The notes under the pieces: generated by a model
What the model was told of the DNA's origin: nothing
The model's input: only the letters and a program-made list of their open reading frames with translations
Database searches by the model: none
Position numbers and translations under genes: made by a program
Shown: one piece after another, positions 55,916-63,282 of the stretch
How positions within the stretch are numbered: position 1 is the first letter of the stretch
How the letters are laid out: each line of letters opens with the position of its first letter
Assembly (NCBI GenBank): GCA_018985235.1
Contig: JADGIG010000003.1
Span: 1-64,000 of the forward strand
Length of the DNA: 64,000 nt
DNA from: Sanchytrium tribonematis
Lineage: Eukaryota
Direction: 5' to 3'

Positions 55916-57937
55916 ATGCAAGTTTTGCCGATTGCCACAACTTGTCTTAACGTACACGCTCTGGATGTCAAAAATAACGGAGATTTAATATTAGATTCGA
56001 TAAATATTGCACATTCGCAAGGCGCAAAAATCCGTTGCGGTGCCGAATTGGAATTGAGCGGCTACAGTTGCCTCGATCATTTCTATGAGCCAGATTTGAT
56101 TCAGGTTTGTGTACTGCAGCTGGAAGATATAATAAAAAATTCACCAGACAATATATTGTGCTGTGTTGGAACACCGCTAGAAATTCAAAACAAATTATAC
56201 AACTGCTTAGTAATTTTCATTAATAAGCAAATCAAACTTATCCGACCGAAAGGTATGCTTTGTGACGACGGAAATTATAGAGAATCTAGATATTTTACTG
56301 CTTGGAATCAAGGACAGATCACACAGATACAGGGTTCTACAATATCTACACATTGGAACTATGAAATTTCTTTTGGTGACTGTTTAATCGAAACACAAGA
56401 TTTTTGTTTAGGAATTGAGATGTGCGAAGAGCTTTTTATTGCGAGACCATTCCACACTGACATGTATCTTAATGGAGCTGATGTAATTTTAAATCCCAGT
56501 GGATCTCATCATCAATTAAGGAAATTAAATCAAAGAGTTAAGCTTGTAGAGAACGCATCAACTCATGGAATTTATGTCTACAACAATCTTAGAGGATGCG
56601 ACGGAGAAAGAGTGTATTTTGATGGTACGAATATGATTTTCATGGCAGGTAGACCATATTTTATTGGCCAGCAATTTAATCTTCGCAACATAGATGTTCA
56701 AACAATCAATTTGCCTTTGAAGCAATCCAAGTGGATCAGTAGACAACAGCCCAGTCGGGTACGGCAATCAGCCACTTTAATCTATCAGCGATTATTTTTG
56801 TCTTTTGAATTATCTAGCTCGATGCCACCTTCAAAAGTCGCAAGACCAGTAGAAATTACATATTCCCTACCAGAAGAAGAAATAATGTATGGACCAGCAT
56901 GCTATCTGTGGGACTATTTACGAAAAAGTGGATTAAAGGGGGTTTTCGTACCGCTTAGTGGTGGAATTGACAGCTGCACAATAGTTTTGCTCGTATTTTC
57001 CATGTGCAAGATTGTTTGCAATGCAGTAAGCGAAGGCAATAAAGCTGTAATCAGTGATTTGTTAAATATGGTGGAGGCTCTACCAGAAGATGAATTCGAC
57101 CTTTGCAACAAAATTCTTCATACTGCTTACATGTCGACTGAATACAGTTCAATTGAGACAAGAAAAAGGGCGGCCCAATTAGCTTCATTTGTTGGCGCCT
57201 ATCATTTAGAAGCGGATATCACAAGTATTGTTAATAGCTTTATAGCAGTTATTAGCTCTGTACTTAAAGAACCTAACATAGGCAATTCTTACTCTGAGAA
57301 TATAGCCTTGCAAAATATCCAAGCGAGATCCAGAATGGTTCTTTCCTACTGCTTTTCCATTCTGGTACCTTGGTTTAGAAATACAAATGGCAACTTGTTA
57401 GTGTTGGGTACAGCAAACGTAGATGAATCTTTGCGGGGGTACTTTACCAAATACGATTGCAGTAGTGCAGACTTAAATCTCATTGGTTCAATTTCCAAAA
57501 CGGATCTAAAAGCTTTTGTTTCTTTTTGCAAAGACAAATTTGAAATGCCATTTCTTTCAGAATTTATAAAAGCAACTCCAACTGCGGAATTAAGACCTGG
57601 AGAGGATCTTCAATCAGATGAAGTAGAAATGAAAATGACTTACGAAGAATTATCGATATATGGACGGTTGAGAAAAATATTCAAATGTGGTCCGATTTCA
57701 ATGTACAATCACCTGCTATTAGAGTGGAGTCCTATGCCACCAAAGGAAGTTCTCGATAAAGTTAAAACATTTTTTCATTACTATGGTATCAATAGACACA
57801 AAATGGCTGTCATCACCCCATCATACCATGCAGAATCCTATTCACCCGATGACAATCGATATGACTTGCGCCCATTGCTGTACAAAAAATGGGATAGTTT
57901 TTATTCTGTAATAGAAGAGCATATCGAAATGCTTTAA
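55916..57937 (+). CDS. QNS1: Glutamine-dependent NAD+ synthetase
   Basis: ELE.SGY.C.DH, RPK..L..DGNYRE.R.F, CEE, PLSGG.DS, QN.QAR.RM and TKYDCSSAD. Start at ATG 55916. Confidence 0.96.
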   Translation: MQVLPIATTCLNVHALDVKNNGDLILDSINIAHSQGAKIRCGAELELSGYSCLDHFYEPDLIQVCVLQLEDIIKNSPDNILCCVGTPLEIQNKLYNCLVIFINKQIKLIRPKGMLCDDGNYRESRYFTAWNQGQITQIQGSTISTHWNYEISFGDCLIETQDFCLGIEMCEELFIARPFHTDMYLNGADVILNPSGSHHQLRKLNQRVKLVENASTHGIYVYNNLRGCDGERVYFDGTNMIFMAGRPYFIGQQFNLRNIDVQTINLPLKQSKWISRQQPSRVRQSATLIYQRLFLSFELSSSMPPSKVARPVEITYSLPEEEIMYGPACYLWDYLRKSGLKGVFVPLSGGIDSCTIVLLVFSMCKIVCNAVSEGNKAVISDLLNMVEALPEDEFDLCNKILHTAYMSTEYSSIETRKRAAQLASFVGAYHLEADITSIVNSFIAVISSVLKEPNIGNSYSENIALQNIQARSRMVLSYCFSILVPWFRNTNGNLLVLGTANVDESLRGYFTKYDCSSADLNLIGSISKTDLKAFVSFCKDKFEMPFLSEFIKATPTAELRPGEDLQSDEVEMKMTYEELSIYGRLRKIFKCGPISMYNHLLLEWSPMPPKEVLDKVKTFFHYYGINRHKMAVITPSYHAESYSPDDNRYDLRPLLYKKWDSFYSVIEEHIEML

Positions 57938-58542
57938 AAATCTTCATTGGTAACATTACCAGATGAATCTAATAAACTGGGTAACCTAAAAACATCCAAA
58001 GTTAATTGATCGTTGCATTCCAATATAAACAAATCAGTCGTGTACGGCTTTTCAATCTTCACAAATCCTCTGTATTCGGTTTTTTTCAAAATTTCAGTCG
58101 AATATTCCGTAATATAACAAAAGTCGTAAAAGCTTAAATCAAGAAATTCGTCGCAAATAATAATACAAGTCATTTTGGTTTTTCTCATTTGATAAAGCTC
58201 TTCTGCTGTTGGATTAGAAACAAATACCAGTAAGCCATTGTTGAGAACTTCAAACTTTTTTAGATTTTTGACTTGATAATTTTGATGATTTAAATTCATA
58301 ATTCCTTCCTTCAATGGCTCTAGGTGCTCAACAATCTGTTCTATTTTATCGTGTTCGTATTGATAAGCGATGTTAAATTTAACTTTGGATAATTTAGTTT
58401 CAATTTTAGGAAGATACAGCTCGATATCGTGTGGATTGTATACATACAATTCAGGTTCTTTAAGAAGTAGCAAGCTACATAAAAGATTGCCAAAAGGACC
58501 AGTTATCCCGTGAATTTTATTAGCGGATAATTTAATTGTCAT
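57934..58542 (-). CDS. Possible highly reduced Elongator subunit Elp4-like protein
   Basis: LLL.E, Y.G...I.K and F.LP C-terminal pattern. Confidence 0.35.
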   Translation of the reverse strand: MTIKLSANKIHGITGPFGNLLCSLLLLKEPELYVYNPHDIELYLPKIETKLSKVKFNIAYQYEHDKIEQIVEHLEPLKEGIMNLNHQNYQVKNLKKFEVLNNGLLVFVSNPTAEELYQMRKTKMTCIIICDEFLDLSFYDFCYITEYSTEILKKTEYRGFVKIEKPYTTDLFILECNDQLTLDVFRLPSLLDSSGNVTNEDF

Positions 58543-58569
58543 CAAGTATTTCGATCAAGGAGATAACTT

Positions 58570-59703
58570 TTATTTCAAAGCATATAAAATATGACAACGC
58601 GGGCTGCTTTCTGGAAACAATTTGTATAGTTCACATTTATGACCTTGTTCAATTATATATTGCTGTTTATCCAAAAGGAAAAAATATTCGAGTAATCTAC
58701 CTGCACATATAAATCGTTTAAGTAAGGAAATTTTTAAATGATGCAATAAATTTTGGTCAAACTCAATATCAGAAATAGGATTTAAGCTCAGGGACTCGAT
58801 GAAATACTTTTTGTAGCTTTGGTAGTTTTCAAATTTCAAATACTTCAATTTTCCACTGATGGGATGAAAAACTTCATTAGAATAGTCGTAGCCTGATTTA
58901 TGACACTCTGCTTTAAATCTTGTTCTATATTCTAATTTTTTAAGCCATTCTAGTACATCTTTGTTATCTTTCCAAGTAATTGTAGAATGACTTGCAATGT
59001 TTTTACTGGACAGTAACTGAATTACGTCTAGAAATTGGTATCGCATGAGAATATCAAATCCTTTTTTGGAAAGTGGTATATATTGGTTGTCAGTTTTATG
59101 ATAGCAGCAAGGAGCGTGAAGTAATCCTTTAATTTTTTTGTTGGTGCAGAATTCTTTCATAATGAATACGCTTAAATCACCACAAGTGTGCAAAGCCGAC
59201 AATATACAATTTTCCGAAATCAATTTTCCAAGTGAATTTTCAATTACGTAGTGATTTAATACAGCTATGCCTCGCTGTTCAGCAACCTCACAAAGCTTTT
59301 TCTGTCCCTCCACAACAACGCAGTTTCGGTACCCGTATATAGAGCGAAGCAAAAGACACAGATTCCCTTTGCCACCTCCTACATCCACTATTTCACTGCA
59401 ATTTGTTTGTTCGACCATGCCTTTGATAACTGGCATATATAATTCGCACTCATTTTTCTTCTTCAGACCAATCCCAGTGGTCTGCCATCTGTTTAAATCT
59501 AACGGAGTGACCTTGAATTGAGGTATTGTCACCTCAAACTTTCTATTTTGTAAAAGGTTAGCGAATTCATAATAACTATGATTTGAACAGAATTGAATTT
59601 CTAATTTTGTGAGAGAATCCGCCCAAGATAGATCAATCAGCCAGTCATTTGGGTGGTAAAGCAAGTTTTTGTATGTCAATAGCTCTTGTAGAATGACTTC
59701 CAT
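58570..59703 (-). CDS. METTL25/RRNAD1-like SAM-dependent methyltransferase
   Basis: KK.E, VDVGGGKG.L, LHTCGDLS, PCCYH and SPR motifs. Confidence 0.85.
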   Translation of the reverse strand: MEVILQELLTYKNLLYHPNDWLIDLSWADSLTKLEIQFCSNHSYYEFANLLQNRKFEVTIPQFKVTPLDLNRWQTTGIGLKKKNECELYMPVIKGMVEQTNCSEIVDVGGGKGNLCLLLRSIYGYRNCVVVEGQKKLCEVAEQRGIAVLNHYVIENSLGKLISENCILSALHTCGDLSVFIMKEFCTNKKIKGLLHAPCCYHKTDNQYIPLSKKGFDILMRYQFLDVIQLLSSKNIASHSTITWKDNKDVLEWLKKLEYRTRFKAECHKSGYDYSNEVFHPISGKLKYLKFENYQSYKKYFIESLSLNPISDIEFDQNLLHHLKISLLKRFICAGRLLEYFFLLDKQQYIIEQGHKCELYKLFPESSPRCHILYALK

Positions 59704-59739
59704 GGAATTCAAGTGAGGAGAAAACACATTTATCAAATT

Positions 59740-59985
59740 ATGTCTTCTGCAATTTACGACGAAATAGAATTTGAGGATTTCATTTATGACTCTGTTTCTA
59801 AAATATTTACATATCCGTGTCCTTGTGGCGACAATTTTGTTATTTCTCTTAATGATTTACTTGAGGGAGAGGACATTGCCAAATGCCCTAGTTGCACCTT
59901 ACAAATCAAAGTTATTTATGAAATAGAAGACGTTGAAGACTTTGAGGAAGCTGAAATCAATGAAGTTAGTGTGAAAGCCTGCTGA
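59740..59985 (+). CDS. DPH3: Dph3/Kti11 CSL zinc-finger protein
   Basis: YDEIE.ED, YPCPCGD.F and CPSC.L motifs. Confidence 0.93.
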   Translation: MSSAIYDEIEFEDFIYDSVSKIFTYPCPCGDNFVISLNDLLEGEDIAKCPSCTLQIKVIYEIEDVEDFEEAEINEVSVKAC

Positions 59986-60027
59986 GACTAAAATTATGCA
60001 AAATTTAATAAATCTCCTTTTAATTTT

Positions 60028-60372
60028 ATGTCTTCCAGATTAAAAGAATATCTCGAGCAATCATCATTCAGTATGTATTCTTCGTTTGGTCAGGCTGATT
60101 ACAGTTCCCTTTTTGAGCCTCGGAAAGGACAAAAGCTTACTGGTGACAATTTTACACCTTTAGATGATTCTGCAAAAGATTTTGGAAATAAAAGTAAGAA
60201 TCACAAAGCAATACCCAAAAAGCCAAGTGTGATGGAAGCGCAGCCAAAAAATGAATTGTTCAGAGTACGCAAAATTTCATCCAATGAGCAAGAGTCTACA
60301 CCAGATGAATTCGATACACAAAATCAGAATGATGACATGCAAATAAGTAATTCAGAAAGCCCACAGCAATAA
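60028..60372 (+). CDS. Uncharacterised small disordered protein
   Basis: 114-aa ORF with an upstream CTCCTT motif and a stop fused to AATAAA. Confidence 0.6.
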   Translation: MSSRLKEYLEQSSFSMYSSFGQADYSSLFEPRKGQKLTGDNFTPLDDSAKDFGNKSKNHKAIPKKPSVMEAQPKNELFRVRKISSNEQESTPDEFDTQNQNDDMQISNSESPQQ

Positions 60373-60609
60373 ATACGAATGCAAGAACTCTTTATTAAGT
60401 CTGTTTCTAACATCATTCCATGGGTTATACTTCCGTTCTTCGTTGTAAAATAAGTATCCAAGAAAAGCTGGAAAAAGAACTGCTCTGGTTAAAACATAGC
60501 GAGCATTATATGAGTTCCATCGAAAATAGTGGTCATAGCCATCTCTAAATGCAACCCATCTTTCAATTGCTGTATCAGGGACAAAATTAGTGAGGAATTT
60601 ATGACCCAT
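60352..60609 (-). CDS. Complex I accessory subunit NDUFB4 (B15)-like
   Basis: D.AIERW...R.....YFRW....AR followed by one TM helix. Confidence 0.65.
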   Translation of the reverse strand: MGHKFLTNFVPDTAIERWVAFRDGYDHYFRWNSYNARYVLTRAVLFPAFLGYLFYNEERKYNPWNDVRNRLNKEFLHSYLLLWAF

Positions 60610-60638
60610 TAAGTAACAAGGAGCATAAAAGTTTTATT

Positions 60639-61412
60639 TCAAAACATAAGCAATGCAAGTATATAAACAATACTCAAAGGAAGACTCACACGCTTACCAC
60701 TAGGGCTATCCTTCGGTTTGACACTGTATTGGAATGTGTAATTTGTACAAGAATTTGAAATGCCAGAGAAATTTTTCATAAGAAAATTACTTACGTCTTG
60801 CATTTCTGTAACGGTCATGGTATGCCCTGAATCGTGTTCACAGCGATACAAATTTGCATTGGAATATCTCACGGAATCTATAAATATATTGGTCGACGAT
60901 GTAAAGCTGATAATCGATAAAATATCTTTCGATCCGCCACTATAAGCCATGATTTTTGGAACATCATGAACATTATTATAATCTTCTGAATAAACAAATC
61001 CGCCTGACATGGAAACAACCAACTGAATTTTATCTGCTCTCAGGAAAGCTAAATGAGAACACATAATAGCTCCAGCAGAGAATCCTGCAACATACACTGT
61101 AGCAATTTGCACTTCTTTGAGTATAGCATCAAATAGATTAACATCAGTCATTGTCTCAGAATTTACAAGGTACCACTCGAATTGATTAGGGCCTATCACA
61201 CTCTTAGGGGACGCAACAACAATATCTGTCATTTGTTGATACCAAGTCTGATCAACATATTCGGTAGGATCGCCGCCTGTTCTGTGAAAATAAACTACTA
61301 GAACATTGGCCAATCCTTTTTGCGTGGCATAATATTGCCTTGCTTCACCATTCACTGTAATGCTATTCAACTGCCCCCCAACAAATGCAGAAATAAGTAA
61401 AATGTGAATCAT
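60639..61412 (-). CDS. Secreted alpha/beta-hydrolase (PHB-depolymerase/LpqC-like esterase), paralog 1
   Basis: Signal-like N-terminus, GFSAGA nucleophile elbow, GG..D, H..GH and a hydrophobic C-terminus. Confidence 0.75.
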   Translation of the reverse strand: MIHILLISAFVGGQLNSITVNGEARQYYATQKGLANVLVVYFHRTGGDPTEYVDQTWYQQMTDIVVASPKSVIGPNQFEWYLVNSETMTDVNLFDAILKEVQIATVYVAGFSAGAIMCSHLAFLRADKIQLVVSMSGGFVYSEDYNNVHDVPKIMAYSGGSKDILSIISFTSSTNIFIDSVRYSNANLYRCEHDSGHTMTVTEMQDVSNFLMKNFSGISNSCTNYTFQYSVKPKDSPSGKRVSLPLSIVYILALLMF

Positions 61413-61462
61413 CAATTATGAAGAGGTGTTTCAAATTGGGAAATCCTATATTTTTCGGAAAA

Positions 61463-62287
61463 TTAACTACCAGATAAAAAATAGAGGAGCCAGAAGAAAT
61501 TACAGCCGTGAATTATGAGACTTGAACTGTCAACATCTTTGAGTAAATTTTCATTCTGTGCGATGGTACTTTGTTTGAAAAGACAGTCTTTCGGTTTGGT
61601 ATAATTAGCAAAATTCGTAATCTTTAAAAAATTAATGGCACTAGCCTGCTCGAGTTCGGTTATTTTGTGTCCCTTATTGTGCTCACAAACAAATAAAATC
61701 GAATTCTTATTCATCGCTTCCGAAATATACCTGTTTGTCGCAGTTTGGAAGGACACCAGTGCTACTGAATCCAAATGTCCACCATTGTATATCATCGTTG
61801 GGGGCACTATGGTATTATTGTAGCTATTTTCTATAAGGAAGCCGCCACTAAATATAACGGAAGACGCAATCATATTTTGCCTAAGGAATGTCATATGGGC
61901 TACATGTATGCCTCCTGCAGAAAATCCCATAAGATGAATTTTTTTCCTATCGATTTGTGTTCCTAAAGCTGTAATCAAGTTATCCGAAAGTTCAATATCA
62001 TCTAAATCGTCACTCAGAACAATGTGCCATTCAAATTCTGAAGGGCCAATATCGCTCTTCGGTGCACATATTATCGTATTGTTAGGAACGTGTTTATACC
62101 AGTAAGATTTTTGGTACTTAAGAACGTCCTCGCTTGTGCCATGGAAATATAAAATTAACGAATTGTTCTCATCTTTTTCGCCTCGCTTTGAGCAGTAGAC
62201 TTCCCTGGTTTTACTTCCTATCTGAAATTGATTGAACTGACTAAAAATGATTTCTTTTGACAACAACAGTGACAAAAAAATTATCAT
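61463..62287 (-). CDS. Secreted alpha/beta-hydrolase, paralog 2
   Basis: YFHGT, PKS.IGP..FEW, GFSAGG, GG..D, CEH..GH and a hydrophobic C-terminus. Confidence 0.75.
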   Translation of the reverse strand: MIIFLSLLLSKEIIFSQFNQFQIGSKTREVYCSKRGEKDENNSLILYFHGTSEDVLKYQKSYWYKHVPNNTIICAPKSDIGPSEFEWHIVLSDDLDDIELSDNLITALGTQIDRKKIHLMGFSAGGIHVAHMTFLRQNMIASSVIFSGGFLIENSYNNTIVPPTMIYNGGHLDSVALVSFQTATNRYISEAMNKNSILFVCEHNKGHKITELEQASAINFLKITNFANYTKPKDCLFKQSTIAQNENLLKDVDSSSLIIHGCNFFWLLYFLSGS

Positions 62288-62331
62288 GTGATACAAAGGA
62301 TACAAACAATTTAAAAAAAATGCACAGTGAT

Positions 62332-63129
62332 TTATTCATCCGAAAACTCATCAGAATAATTTTCTCGAAATTCTTGCCTTCTCGCCCTTCGTCTAGGTCT
62401 ATTAGTGTTACCTCTACGAGATTCATCATCTACCGGCCTGGTGACTTCATCGTCAGAGTATATGTCTTCTCTTTCTACTATCCTTTCTCGCCTTGGTCTT
62501 TTATTTGTCCTCTTTGGTTTCTCTGGCTTATAAGTTACATGATTTCGCATAATATTAATGTCATAATCAACTTCGCTAGGTTTCAATTTCTCGCCAGGTC
62601 TACCCAGAGGCTTCTTTTTCGAATTCGCAAGTCTTTCCAGTATTTCTTCCGGAGTTTCACTATCATTAAGTATCATCTTAGAATACGGCATATTTGTGTC
62701 ATTAGATATTTTGCCTGGGTCTTTCCGGCCAAAGCTGGTTACAGAATTTTGATTTCGGTCAGTTTCAATTATTTTTTTGCGTTCATTCAGGACTTCCATG
62801 AAATTTCCAAAAATGGAATCGGATATTCTGATAAAATCAGCTTCTATGTAATCTTTCATGTTTGTGGCTGTTTTTACAGCTTCTTCTGATATGTTTTTAA
62901 ATGTTTCCTCCGATTCTCGTATCTGGTCTATTCTATTCTTGTCTAGAAGTTTTTCATAATATTGTAGCAAAGGGTGCTGTTTTTGTGTAATTTGCTCCAA
63001 CTCCTTTTCTAGCATGCGAATTTGTTTTTTGTGAGGGTCTTCATGCTTTAGCTTTTTTACTTCTTCAGAAATATGCCAATATCTTTTTTCTGCGTCGCTT
63101 ATCCCAATTTCTTCACTGAGACTTCCCAT
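62332..63129 (-). CDS. Sds3/BRMS1-like Sin3-HDAC subunit
   Basis: LE.ELE.I....HP......L...R and L...E...D...M patterns. Confidence 0.6.
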   Translation of the reverse strand: MGSLSEEIGISDAEKRYWHISEEVKKLKHEDPHKKQIRMLEKELEQITQKQHPLLQYYEKLLDKNRIDQIRESEETFKNISEEAVKTATNMKDYIEADFIRISDSIFGNFMEVLNERKKIIETDRNQNSVTSFGRKDPGKISNDTNMPYSKMILNDSETPEEILERLANSKKKPLGRPGEKLKPSEVDYDINIMRNHVTYKPEKPKRTNKRPRRERIVEREDIYSDDEVTRPVDDESRRGNTNRPRRRARRQEFRENYSDEFSDE

Positions 63130-63282
63130 AATGTAACAAGGAGACACGTGTCTGATTGGTTTTGCAAAATAGGCTTGTCCAAAAATAAACCGAATAGTTG
63201 CATAAATTTTACTTATTAATATTCAACTGAATATTTGAATAGGGTTGGAATAAAATATAGAACTGTGTCCAAATTTGTACTC

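Noticed and set aside
35038..59985. Functional clustering (ELP1, Elp4-like and DPH3; UNG1, Rad9, DNA2 and Nbs1-like)
   Set aside because: The genes are interspersed with unrelated ones, some calls are weak, and chance co-location is likely at this gene density.
62257..62889. 210-aa + strand ORF, and similar shadow ORFs such as 43170..43763, 9107..9556 and 23625..24011
   Set aside because: They are antisense to well-supported genes and carry no recognisable motifs.
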